Below are positions 1 to 10,594 of a stretch of DNA of 64,000 bases, piece after piece (position 1 is the stretch's first letter; every line of letters starts with the position of its first letter). Under the pieces are notes generated by a model that had not been told where the DNA came from, searched no databases, and saw only the letters and a program-made list of their open reading frames with translations. The DNA comes from Selaginella moellendorffii (taxonomy: Eukaryota; Plantae; Lycopodiophyta): positions 1,223,502 to 1,287,501 of the forward strand of contig NW_003314299.1 of NCBI RefSeq assembly GCF_000143415.4. The letters are read 5' to 3'. A program made the translations under genes and the position numbers.

Positions 1-66
1 TTCTTAAATATTGTGAAGTTTAGTTTAGACTTACCGTTTGGGTTAGACTTGTGTAGTTCCTATTGA
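1..66 (+). CDS. 3' end of a further F-box gene copy, truncated by the window start
   Basis: Encodes ...LNIVKFSLDLPFGLDLCSSY*, identical to the C-terminus of the 6926-7933 protein. Confidence 0.85.
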   Translation, partial: FLNIVKFSLDLPFGLDLCSSY

Positions 67-606
67 TTTTCTTTTTCTCCTCCACACCTTCTGTCTTGTG
101 AGATATATTTTAAGGTGAAAGGTTGTTATGAAGGCAAATCATACACATTTCTAAATAATTTTCTGTGACACTGGAAACTCACTTCCACCATGACAGCCTG
201 CTGATCCAAGAGAGTTTTTTTTAACTGCCATTAAAAGGTGCTTGAAAGCTATTGTAGAAGAACCAGTTAACCTCTTATTATAGACAAAGTGGCCTGTCCA
301 ACAGCTTTTCGGATTGAGAAATTTTCGTTCCCACTATAAATCTCATCCAGGCCGAGCATTGAGCACAGAATAAGGCCCAGCACTGGAAATGGCGGTGCTA
401 TCCGAAGGAATAATTTTGCAAAACCTTTACTCCTAAAATGTTAGAAACATGGTGTTAAGAATAAATAGGACAAAGGAAAATAAATGTGAACGATAACATG
501 GATCATGGTCAATCTCCCTTGCGGGAGGCTTACTTCCAAGCCTCTTTAGCAGAAATTATGTCTTTTGAGTGGACAAGTTGTCAGAGTTTCGGTACAGTCC
601 TACCAT

Positions 607-843
607 TTAGATCTGTGATAGATGGTAATCAATCACGTCAATATATAGGCTAAAGAGGGCTGAGGAAAGCAGGCAGCCTTGCTTTAACCCAATGGTGTTG
701 GTGATTGAGCAAGGATAATGTTGTATAGTGCCTAGATTATATCTCGGGTGTCCCCCGATAAGCTTTGTCTTGGGACTGTATCCAAGGCTTTCTTGAAGTT
801 TACGAAGCAATATATCTGCTTGTGTGTGTGTGGTGCATAGCAA
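607..843 (-). mobile_element. Degenerate non-LTR (LINE) reverse transcriptase fragment
   Basis: IGLKQGCLLSSALFSLYID resembles the LINE RT motif G(L/V)xQGCPLSPxLF; short and with no intact ORF. Confidence 0.7.
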
Positions 844-1513
844 GTGATCCGCGCAATTGTATTATCGCCAGAAACCCGTCACACATTTCCCTTTCATTCT
901 CTTGCCCTTCTTTTCAGGAGCCATGCTCGCAATTTAAGAGAGAAGACAAAAAGCAAAAAACAAGAATCAAGAAATGAACTCAACATAAGACGCACCAATG
1001 GATGTGACATGTGATCTTATCATATGAGAATTCTTGCTTTCCGGGCCGGGCTGTGTCCAGGAGTTCTCGTGGATGCCCTGATGGATCTGTTGGAGGTGAT
1101 CAAGCTCTCGTGGGAGATGGTCAATCCTCTGAAAGCCAGGCCAGTTTCGAGGAGGCCTGCTGCTGCTCATGGCAACAAGGACTACGGCTACTACTACTGC
1201 TACAGTTGTTGACAGAATGACTCTCAGTGTGTTACGAAAAGGCTCTGCAGAGATTGGAAATGGGTGTGTCTCCCAAGCGTTGGAGCTCGAATCGCCCACG
1301 TCCGCCCGCACAACAAATCTCGTGTCCAACTTCTGAGCAAGACTACCATCTTTCAGATGTAGATTGATCTCTTTATTCAAGCCAGAACGAGGCCGGGGTT
1401 GGTGCGAGCATGCCAAGCGTATGCATTCTCTAGACAAAGCGATTGGCCGTACCGATCTCTCAAACGAGATCCAGAACAAGATCAGCAGCCGGATGTGGGA
1501 GGAGGTGGCCGGT

Positions 1514-2539
1514 TTACAGGCTGCAGCCACAAGGATGCTTGAGCTGCACCACAACCACCGTCTTGTTGTCTTCGACACTCATGGCTTGCATGCTATCACA
1601 GAAGAAGGCAAGTTGCATGGCCTGCCCAACACTAGATTCTTTCTCTACCAGCCAGTCGTGGATGCTGGGACAAATGCTCTCAACGCACTCCCGCGGCACA
1701 CCATCTGATGCCAGCACCAGAAACTCACAGCCCCCATCACGGCGGAGATCAATTTCCACAACGTCGGGAAGAGCCACTACCGCCTGCTCATCACGTCCCA
1801 AACCAGCGTTGCTCTTCCATCTAAAGTCTCCCAGAGATCGCGTCACCTGGAGCCCCATGGCGCCAACCTCGCCCCCAACGCTCACGCCATTCAGCTGGAT
1901 CCACTTGTTCTTCATGACGACCGCACCAGCTCTAGTCGCACGCTCGGCATCGTCCGGCCGCGACTGGACGTTATGATCGATCGTCACTGGCACCGCCTGG
2001 TTGTCCCGCCAGATGATGCAATAGCTATCGCCGGCGTGAGCGATAACGAGCTTGTCATCGCGGACCAAGACGGCCACTGCGGTCGTCCCGTGAGAGCCAG
2101 GCGACGTTCCCGTGATACTGTTCCAGGAGTACAAAGGCGATGTGTTTTCGCGCTCCAGCCTCTCCAGCTCCTCGGTTCCTGCCTTGGATTGCATCATTTC
2201 GTCCATCTTGAGGAAAACCTCGCGGAATCCAGAAGCAAAGTCGCCCTTTTTGTAGTGTGAACTGGCGACGAGGTGCCTGTGGAGATTCCGCGCGCAGAAG
2301 CGCGCCGCAGCGCAGCCGCCGTGGCCGTCAAAGACCGCAATGAAGGAGCTCTTGGCGTCCAGGTCGGGGATCACAGTGTAGACATCTTCCATCCTACGCT
2401 TGGCACCTTGAGTCGCTGCGGCACCCACCCTGATCCTGGAATTCTCCACCACCGCCTTGTGGACTCGATCTGGCTTCCAATTCCTGAACATGCCAAGCGG
2501 ATCATCATCGCGGGCAAGCCCAGCGCTTGCTCTCTTCAT
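1514..2539 (-). CDS. Intronless protein phosphatase 2C (PPM family), 341 aa
   Basis: Motifs RRMED, DGHGG, GTTA, AGDS, DH, TRSLGD, LASDG and EDNKT occur in order. Confidence 0.92.
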   Translation of the reverse strand: MKRASAGLARDDDPLGMFRNWKPDRVHKAVVENSRIRVGAAATQGAKRRMEDVYTVIPDLDAKSSFIAVFDGHGGCAAARFCARNLHRHLVASSHYKKGDFASGFREVFLKMDEMMQSKAGTEELERLERENTSPLYSWNSITGTSPGSHGTTAVAVLVRDDKLVIAHAGDSYCIIWRDNQAVPVTIDHNVQSRPDDAERATRAGAVVMKNKWIQLNGVSVGGEVGAMGLQVTRSLGDFRWKSNAGLGRDEQAVVALPDVVEIDLRRDGGCEFLVLASDGVPRECVESICPSIHDWLVEKESSVGQAMQLAFFCDSMQAMSVEDNKTVVVVQLKHPCGCSL

Positions 2540-2727
2540 GTCCTAAAACCCTAATGTCGGAATTTGGGAAAAGGGAAAGAGAGGGGATCTTGTGGCATAT
2601 TCTACCCCTCCAACAAATCAGGAGCTAAAGAAATAATAAAAGTGATTTGGATAATGTACCGTATAAACAATAGAACCAAGGGAATATACATAGGGCATAC
2701 TTATATATACCAATGCTTGAAAACATG

Positions 2728-3624
2728 CTAACCTTGAGAGAATGCACGCCTGCAAGCATTATTGGCGATCGCCAGGTTCCCTCTTCGTGCCTCGCGCATA
2801 AACGCTACCTCGAAGTGCCTCCTTGCAAGCTTTCCTCGGCGATCCTGTCCCCGTAGTGGCAAAACAAGCTCAAGGAGCTCCAAATCCCGTACGACTGCGT
2901 CCTCCAGCTCCACTGCCCCGATTCTTCCCCCGGGGAGGATCTCCTGGGTCACAGGCGTGCACATTCCAAAGTCTACAAGCCAGACCTTGTCGCCTGAGAG
3001 GTAGAGCTCGATGTCGCGAAACCTCACCCCGAGCGTGAATGCCATGTGTGCCATGACGGTTCCCAGCGCCGCAGCTACCTTGCGCCTGTCGAGCTCCGGG
3101 AAGACGCGTTCTGCAACCACACAAGAAACAATGGGCTTCATTAGTAGCGTGGCATTGTGGATTTTAAACGCAGGATCTTCGTCGAGGCTGTAGATCCAGC
3201 CGCGGTCCTTGATCTCCTCGGGAGATAGGGCATTTTGCCCCTCCAACATCCCGTCTACCAGCGCGGTGAGCTGCTCCTGCTGGATAGCCGGCATCTTCTC
3301 CATGACCATGCACGGTTTGTTGTGGAGCTCGCCCTGACACCTGAAAACCAAAGCGTGAATGTCCTCGTTCATGTGTGCAGTGCGCTCAAGAAGCGCCCTC
3401 CCACTGGGTGCAAAGGCAAACACTTTGGGGACACGCAAACAGGCCACGTCTGGGTAGTCACGACTTAACCTCTCGATTGCGTCCCTATACAAACCCATGG
3501 CGTGCACCTCCGCCTTGAGGTTCGCGTACGAGGTATTGTCTCCTATCAACCGCTTGATGGCGTACTCCCCACCAAAGATCAATCGCCCATTGTTTCCGCC
3601 ATCGCGCCCCGCCATCCACGCCAT
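2728..3624 (-). CDS. Intronless atypical protein-kinase-like protein (DUF3669-like), probable start 3624
   Basis: Gly-rich GGNNG, AIK, LKAE, LRVPKVF, MVMEKM, FRDIELYL and WLVDFG in kinase order. A TATA box at 3738-3747 and a CT-rich leader favour the ATG at 3624 over the one at 3765. Confidence 0.7.
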   Translation of the reverse strand: MAWMAGRDGGNNGRLIFGGEYAIKRLIGDNTSYANLKAEVHAMGLYRDAIERLSRDYPDVACLRVPKVFAFAPSGRALLERTAHMNEDIHALVFRCQGELHNKPCMVMEKMPAIQQEQLTALVDGMLEGQNALSPEEIKDRGWIYSLDEDPAFKIHNATLLMKPIVSCVVAERVFPELDRRKVAAALGTVMAHMAFTLGVRFRDIELYLSGDKVWLVDFGMCTPVTQEILPGGRIGAVELEDAVVRDLELLELVLPLRGQDRRGKLARRHFEVAFMREARRGNLAIANNACRRAFSQG

Positions 3625-3737
3625 CGCGACGCCAATCGAGCCGAGCGGAGGTGCCCTAGGGTAGCAAGCCGAGCGCTCAAGAAAAGAAGAAGAGAGCCTA
3701 GCAACGTGAGCGAGAGAGAGAGAGAGAGAGAGGAGGG

Positions 3738-4035
3738 TATATATATAGTAGAGAGATGGTCTCATTGTGCCACGTGGCAGGAGTACCGTTGGCCGTTGTT
3801 CTTTTGCTTGCCGATGTGGCGGATGCCTGCCAGGTGGGAAGCTGCGATTCGGTACTAGCGGGAGAAAGAGGAGGGCCTACATTGTGCCACGTGGCAGGAG
3901 TACCGTTGGTCGTTTTCTTTTGTGTAGAGCACGTTTAGGTTAAAGGGAGCTTGCCGATGTGGCAGATACGTTTAGGTTAACAGGGGCTTGCCGATGTGGC
4001 AGGTGTTTTGCCAGGTGGGACGCTGCGATTCGCTA
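3738..4035 (-). promoter_or_regulatory. Promoter of the kinase-like gene: TATA box, two palindromic G-boxes (TGCCACGTGGCA) and repeated modules
   Basis: tatatatata at 3738-3747; tgccacgtggca at 3768-3779 and 3885-3896; gcttgccgatgtggc occurs three times. Confidence 0.6.
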
Positions 4036-4399
4036 TTTGGGGCAGCACACCTTTAGCTTAATTTCTGCCTTTAGACATCACCTAGCCCTAACTGGACTAT
4101 AAGCGAGACTTCCATTCTTTCTTTCGGGCGTTTACTTCTTCACGCTTTTCAACGCCATCCAGCAACTTTTGGGTCGATCTGACAGTTGAAATCCGCAGAT
4201 ATGGCCCGACAAAACGTGTTGCTGTCTGATCATACTGGCTTTGAATTTGTCTTTGTTCTTAATCTTCTTAGCATGATCTAGGGGAGTTTCTGGCCCGTGG
4301 AGGAAAAACCCGTAGGCTACAGGCTTTCACGCAAAATTTAGAGAAAACAAAGCAAGAATCTTACATAATCCGGACTTGCGGACACTCATGTTGATTTGG

Positions 4400-5300
4400 A
4401 AAACGAGCAATGGCACCACGTTGAGCTGTTCTTCTTCTGTGAGTTTCGAGATTGGACGTAGTATTTCAAGCGACTTTCGTAACTTCAGCTCGTTTCGCTA
4501 TCGCAAACTCTGAAAGGTATATAAATCTAAATATATGTCGAAGAAGAGTGCTCTTTACATCTCCGAGAAGTGCATCGTTTATTTGTGGCTCCACATACCA
4601 GACATCGCAAACGACTACCCAGGACAACATCAGCTTCAGCTAAACGAAAAAAAAAACTGAAAGTCAATCGTGATGAAAAGTATAAACTTAGTGTGGACAA
4701 TTATCTTGTTTTACTTTGCAGACAGTGAAATCCAGTTCGAATACAATCTGCAAAATCGAGCGCAAGGAAATAAGAACTGCCTGGAGAAACTACGAAATCA
4801 AGAACCTGCTTGAACATCACATTGTCCGCCTTGTTCAGGCAAGTCCCCTCTGCAAAAATGAGCAAAATAGTGCTTTCCGGATCGCTTCCGTCCCTTCTGA
4901 AGCTTGGTTTTACTTTCCAGCTTGCTTTTCGTCTCAACTCCATTGCTACGCACAGCAATCCCCTGCGGATGATCGATCGCAGCCTTCCACTGCTTTTCTG
5001 GAAACTATCACAACTTAAAAGCGGTGTTACGCCACAGACTTTCACCTGAAGAAGACGGTTTCTTCCTCGCAGCGTACTAACCACGCTCCACTGCTTCCCC
5101 TGCTTCCTGAAAACGAGTACAGTGGGACTTGGGAAAATAACGAGAGAAAGGAGCTCCGGCAACGAGTTCCGTTACATGCCTTGTGACTGCCAGGCTCTCA
5201 TAAACAACAGTTGAGCTACCGTGAGACACACATACCTGTGGTTGCTTTCATTATAGTAGCCCGATGCACATCTTTACCAGAGTATCCTGTCCAAAAAAGA
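4400..5300 (-). pseudogene. Degenerate GPAT9-like (glycerol-3-phosphate acyltransferase) pseudogene
   Basis: LLIFAEGTCLNKADNVMFKQ, ELDFTVC, NKIIV and DVWYVEPQ match GPAT9 motifs (LLIFPEGTCVNN..VMFKK, ELDCTVC, NKIFV, VWYLEPQ) but are separated by stops and frameshifts; boundaries approximate. Confidence 0.65.
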
Positions 5301-6071
5301 AGGACAAGGAGATGAACAAAGTCGCTCAGACTCTGAGAATGCCAGCGAGAATGCGGCCATCGTTCCCCGTAGCGTTTTCATGCTATCCCGCCTGCAAAGC
5401 CGCCCCCATCCTTGAGAATCCCCCGGACCCGGACAGCAGCTTCCTGCCCAGCGAAAGAAAATGTTTGACGAATACCTGACGCTCTGCCAGCAGCTGGTCC
5501 TGCAAATCCTCCTCCACACGGAGCCGCGCCAGCGTGCGTGCGCAAGTCGTGAAGAAGTTACTGCACAGACCACAAACTGTCCTGCGCGACTCGCTCGGAC
5601 CGCTCGACTCCTGTATCCAGGTCAAGCCGTGCTCGTTAGTAAGCTCGCTACTCGCTTGAGATGTGTATCGCTAACACCGCCCCGTGGACATCGTTGAGGG
5701 AATTGAGCTGGGGCGAAACTTCTGGCAGCAGATGACACGAGCAGGACATCGTAAGAGAAGCAAGCCGATCATCACCTGAATGCTCTTACCATGTAGGCTG
5801 TAGAATCGGAGGTGACGTTCGTGCCAGAGGAGACTCAAACATGATCAAACCATCAGAGCAAGTTCCCCCAAACTTCTCCAAATCAAGTCACCTGAAAGGC
5901 GCAGCGGCCCGAGTTTGGGATCCGGTAACATGCTACATTTGCCAACACCTGGAATCTTCATGATGGAAACGCGATAGCCATCGATTTACCGTGACAGCCA
6001 GCCTGGAGCCGAGAAGCATGAATCCCTGGAGGGACAAGTAGAGGCGGTGCTGCAGCTCCCGGACCGATCGC

Positions 6072-6102
<31 letters not shown>

Positions 6103-6925
6103 CAGCACGATTAGGCATCTGGAGACGAAGATCTCCAGAGACCAGGGAAGAAGTGGCATATTGTTTTGCAGCCGCCCAAATGCGAACACCAAGCAAGAAT
6201 GTATGCTCGCTAACCTCGTCATTGATGCTTCTACACGTCTCAGCTATGGGGCTCTCACGAGCTTGTCATGTGATTACGAAAAGCTTTTGGCGTTGACTTA
6301 CAAGCAGAAAACACAATCGTTCTCGTCATGCTATAAATGTATAATCACCTATTTTATAGAGGATCATATTATTTGCACAAGATAGTACTGCCCTTCAAGT
6401 TATCAATTTCAGAACTGAACAAACAAAAGCGATAAGAAGCAACATTCCAGACTGGCAACAACATCAATGATACTTCAGGGAGAATCAACTCACTCTGTCT
6501 CATTTTTACCTGTTGAGGTTGCATTTCCTGCAAGATCATCATAGGGTTATCACTTTGTTCATTGTGCCCATTGTCTTAGTGGCTCCTTTCATAGCACCAG
6601 CAACAGAAAGGTATTGACATACATCGCCTAAACAACAACACTGGGCTAGAAAAACTTCCTACAAGTTCAATAGGAAAAAGGGAGCCAAAGAAAAATCTCT
6701 GTCACTTGAGCTCGACTGCCCTGGAACTTTTGAATGTGCCGCCACAATCTGATCAAATGCTGTCCGAAGTTCGTCGTTGCGCTGAAAGTCGATTCCTGAA
6801 AAACAAAAAACAATTTTTCTGAGCACTGCCTTCTTTCGTGGACATGAGATCGCTTCCACGTGTCGTTCGTGTCGACTTTCTTTTAGGCTTTTGGCTGGCT
6901 GACGTAATATGGGTTAGGGCTGGTG

Positions 6926-7933
6926 ATGGAGCACGTAGATATCCTTTTGAAGCTTCCTGGGCCGAGTCTCTTGAGAGCCAGAGCTGTTTGCAAGGCTTGG
7001 AAAGAAGTAATTGATTCTCCATGGTTTTCAAACCGCTACAGGGATCCATCGCCCTACATATTATTGCCATCGCCAAACCAAGAGGGCTTGCCCTTGTGTA
7101 ACATATGCCACTTGGTTCTGGGTAAGTGGTTCAAGTTGGAATTTCCATCTACGTATATCCAGTCGGTCTCTCAGTCCGGGCTGGTGCTGGTCCGGGAAGG
7201 CAGAGTTTTTTGGGTGGGGAATCCATTCTTCAATAAGTGGAAACGGTATAGCTTAGAATTGCCATATGCGAAATTTGATCATGAGCTTGCAACTCTAGCG
7301 GATGATGAGCAGGGCTATCGAGTAGTATTTCGGGTGCGTAGGTTTATGCAAACAGCAGTCCTCTACTCTTGGAAGTCAGAGTGGCTCGTCACAGAGGAAC
7401 GTAAGGAGGATATCAAAATGGAGGATTTTGCGGATTTTGTCACATCCTCTTCCACTGTTTGTGGCAACATCATCCATTCCATCGGGTCCAAAAACAAAGT
7501 GGCACTACTAAGTTGTCGTGTAGACAATGGCAAGGTTCTTTCGCTCCGCTACTTGAAGCTGGGATCTGAAGTACTTGAAGGGCGTTTTAAGCTCTTTGGT
7601 TGGGATGGCAAGCTCTACTTGCTGGGAGAAAATGACAGTCACTTATTTGGACTGTTTGAAATAAGAGGAGAGAATGTAGTTCTGATAAGCTGGGCACCAG
7701 AAAGCATTTCTACAAAATTTCCCTTCGTAAGGTCGGCAAGCATCTACAACAATACTATCTACTGCATTTTTCAAGTGAAGCTAGCAATGCTAGTAACTTA
7801 CAACCTCAGTAAACATGGTTCGTGGCAGGTGGTACCACTTCCAGAACCATTACCTCCGTGCATTGGAATCTTAAATATTGTGAAGTTTAGTTTAGACTTA
7901 CCGTTTGGGTTAGACTTGTGTAGTTCCTATTGA
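6926..7933 (+). CDS. Intronless F-box protein (copy A)
   Basis: N-terminal ILLKLPGPSLLRARAVCKAWKEVI F-box, then SGLVLV...WVGNPF..KW typical of F-box-associated beta-propeller regions. Confidence 0.88.
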   Translation: MEHVDILLKLPGPSLLRARAVCKAWKEVIDSPWFSNRYRDPSPYILLPSPNQEGLPLCNICHLVLGKWFKLEFPSTYIQSVSQSGLVLVREGRVFWVGNPFFNKWKRYSLELPYAKFDHELATLADDEQGYRVVFRVRRFMQTAVLYSWKSEWLVTEERKEDIKMEDFADFVTSSSTVCGNIIHSIGSKNKVALLSCRVDNGKVLSLRYLKLGSEVLEGRFKLFGWDGKLYLLGENDSHLFGLFEIRGENVVLISWAPESISTKFPFVRSASIYNNTIYCIFQVKLAMLVTYNLSKHGSWQVVPLPEPLPPCIGILNIVKFSLDLPFGLDLCSSY

Positions 7934-8473
7934 TTTTCTTTTTCTCCTCCACACCTTCTGTCTTGTGAGATATATTTTAAGGTGAAAGGTTGTTATGAAG
8001 GCAAATCATACACATTTCTAAATAATTTTCTGTGACACTGGAAACTCACTTCCACCATGACAGCCTGCTGATCCAAGAGAGTTTTTTTTAACTGCCATTA
8101 AAAGGTGCTTGAAAGCTATTGTAGAAGAACCAGTTAACCTCTTATTATAGACAAAGTGGCCTGTCCAACAGCTTTTCGGATTGAGAAATTTTCGTTCCCA
8201 CTATAAATCTCATCCAGGCCGAGCATTGAGCACAGAATAAGGCCCAGCACTGGAAATGGCGGTGCTATCCGAAGGAATAATTTTGCAAAACCTTTACTCC
8301 TAAAATGTTAGAAACATGGTGTTAAGAATAAATAGGACAAAGGAAAATAAATGTGAACGATAACATGGATCATGGTCAATCTCCCTTGCGGGAGGCTTAC
8401 TTCCAAGCCTCTTTAGCAGAAATTATGTCTTTTGAGTGGACAAGTTGTCAGAGTTTCGGTACAGTCCTACCAT

Positions 8474-8710
8474 TTAGATCTGTGATAGATGGTAATCAAT
8501 CACGTCAATATATAGGCTAAAGAGGGCTGAGGAAAGCAGGCAGCCTTGCTTTAACCCAATGGTGTTGGTGATTGAGCAAGGATAATGTTGTATAGTGCCT
8601 AGATTATATCTCGGGTGTCCCCCGATAAGCTTTGTCTTGGGACTGTATCCAAGGCTTTCTTGAAGTTTACGAAGCAATATATCTGCTTGTGTGTGTGTGG
8701 TGCATAGCAA
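8474..8710 (-). mobile_element. LINE RT fragment (second copy)
   Basis: Identical to 607-843. Confidence 0.7.
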
Positions 8711-9380
8711 GTGATCCGCGCAATTGTATTATCGCCAGAAACCCGTCACACATTTCCCTTTCATTCTCTTGCCCTTCTTTTCAGGAGCCATGCTCGCAAT
8801 TTAAGAGAGAAGACAAAAAGCAAAAAACAAGAATCAAGAAATGAACTCAACATAAGACGCACCAATGGATGTGACATGTGATCTTATCATATGAGAATTC
8901 TTGCTTTCCGGGCCGGGCTGTGTCCAGGAGTTCTCGTGGATGCCCTGATGGATCTGTTGGAGGTGATCAAGCTCTCGTGGGAGATGGTCAATCCTCTGAA
9001 AGCCAGGCCAGTTTCGAGGAGGCCTGCTGCTGCTCATGGCAACAAGGACTACGGCTACTACTACTGCTACAGTTGTTGACAGAATGACTCTCAGTGTGTT
9101 ACGAAAAGGCTCTGCAGAGATTGGAAATGGGTGTGTCTCCCAAGCGTTGGAGCTCGAATCGCCCACGTCCGCCCGCACAACAAATCTCGTGTCCAACTTC
9201 TGAGCAAGACTACCATCTTTCAGATGTAGATTGATCTCTTTATTCAAGCCAGAACGAGGCCGGGGTTGGTGCGAGCATGCCAAGCGTATGCATTCTCTAG
9301 ACAAAGCGATTGGCCGTACCGATCTCTCAAACGAGATCCAGAACAAGATCAGCAGCCGGATGTGGGAGGAGGTGGCCGGT

Positions 9381-10406
9381 TTACAGGCTGCAGCCACAAG
9401 GATGCTTGAGCTGCACCACAACCACCGTCTTGTTGTCTTCGACACTCATGGCTTGCATGCTATCACAGAAGAAGGCAAGTTGCATGGCCTGCCCAACACT
9501 AGATTCTTTCTCTACCAGCCAGTCGTGGATGCTGGGACAAATGCTCTCAACGCACTCCCGCGGCACACCATCTGATGCCAGCACCAGAAACTCACAGCCC
9601 CCATCACGGCGGAGATCAATTTCCACAACGTCGGGAAGAGCCACTACCGCCTGCTCATCACGTCCCAAACCAGCGTTGCTCTTCCATCTAAAGTCTCCCA
9701 GAGATCGCGTCACCTGGAGCCCCATGGCGCCAACCTCGCCCCCAACGCTCACGCCATTCAGCTGGATCCACTTGTTCTTCATGACGACCGCACCAGCTCT
9801 AGTCGCACGCTCGGCATCGTCCGGCCGCGACTGGACGTTATGATCGATCGTCACTGGCACCGCCTGGTTGTCCCGCCAGATGATGCAATAGCTATCGCCG
9901 GCGTGAGCGATAACGAGCTTGTCATCGCGGACCAAGACGGCCACTGCGGTCGTCCCGTGAGAGCCAGGCGACGTTCCCGTGATACTGTTCCAGGAGTACA
10001 AAGGCGATGTGTTTTCGCGCTCCAGCCTCTCCAGCTCCTCGGTTCCTGCCTTGGATTGCATCATTTCGTCCATCTTGAGGAAAACCTCGCGGAATCCAGA
10101 AGCAAAGTCGCCCTTTTTGTAGTGTGAACTGGCGACGAGGTGCCTGTGGAGATTCCGCGCGCAGAAGCGCGCCGCAGCGCAGCCGCCGTGGCCGTCAAAG
10201 ACCGCAATGAAGGAGCTCTTGGCGTCCAGGTCGGGGATCACAGTGTAGACATCTTCCATCCTACGCTTGGCACCTTGAGTCGCTGCGGCACCCACCCTGA
10301 TCCTGGAATTCTCCACCACCGCCTTGTGGACTCGATCTGGCTTCCAATTCCTGAACATGCCAAGCGGATCATCATCGCGGGCAAGCCCAGCGCTTGCTCT
10401 CTTCAT
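9381..10406 (-). CDS. Intronless PP2C (second copy)
   Basis: Protein identical to that of 1514-2539. Confidence 0.92.
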   Translation of the reverse strand: MKRASAGLARDDDPLGMFRNWKPDRVHKAVVENSRIRVGAAATQGAKRRMEDVYTVIPDLDAKSSFIAVFDGHGGCAAARFCARNLHRHLVASSHYKKGDFASGFREVFLKMDEMMQSKAGTEELERLERENTSPLYSWNSITGTSPGSHGTTAVAVLVRDDKLVIAHAGDSYCIIWRDNQAVPVTIDHNVQSRPDDAERATRAGAVVMKNKWIQLNGVSVGGEVGAMGLQVTRSLGDFRWKSNAGLGRDEQAVVALPDVVEIDLRRDGGCEFLVLASDGVPRECVESICPSIHDWLVEKESSVGQAMQLAFFCDSMQAMSVEDNKTVVVVQLKHPCGCSL

Positions 10407-10594
10407 GTCCTAAAACCCTAATGTCGGAATTTGGGAAAAGGGAAAGAGAGGGGATCTTGTGGCATATTCTACCCCTCCAACAAATCAGGAGCTAAAGAAA
10501 TAATAAAAGTGATTTGGATAATGTACCGTATAAACAATAGAACCAAGGGAATATACATAGGGCATACTTATATATACCAATGCTTGAAAACATG

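Noticed and set aside
967-1578. 203-aa minus ORF and overlapping plus ORFs next to the PP2C
   Set aside because: No recognisable motifs; partly alternate-frame or antisense shadows of the PP2C
3625-3765. N-terminal hydrophobic 'signal peptide' on the kinase ORF (LLSLSLSLAH)
   Set aside because: It translates a TATA box and CT microsatellite, so it is most likely promoter/5' UTR
5933-6859. Possible spliced minus-strand gene upstream of the GPAT9 relic
   Set aside because: Some exon-like segments exist, but I could not build a consistent frame or recognise a family
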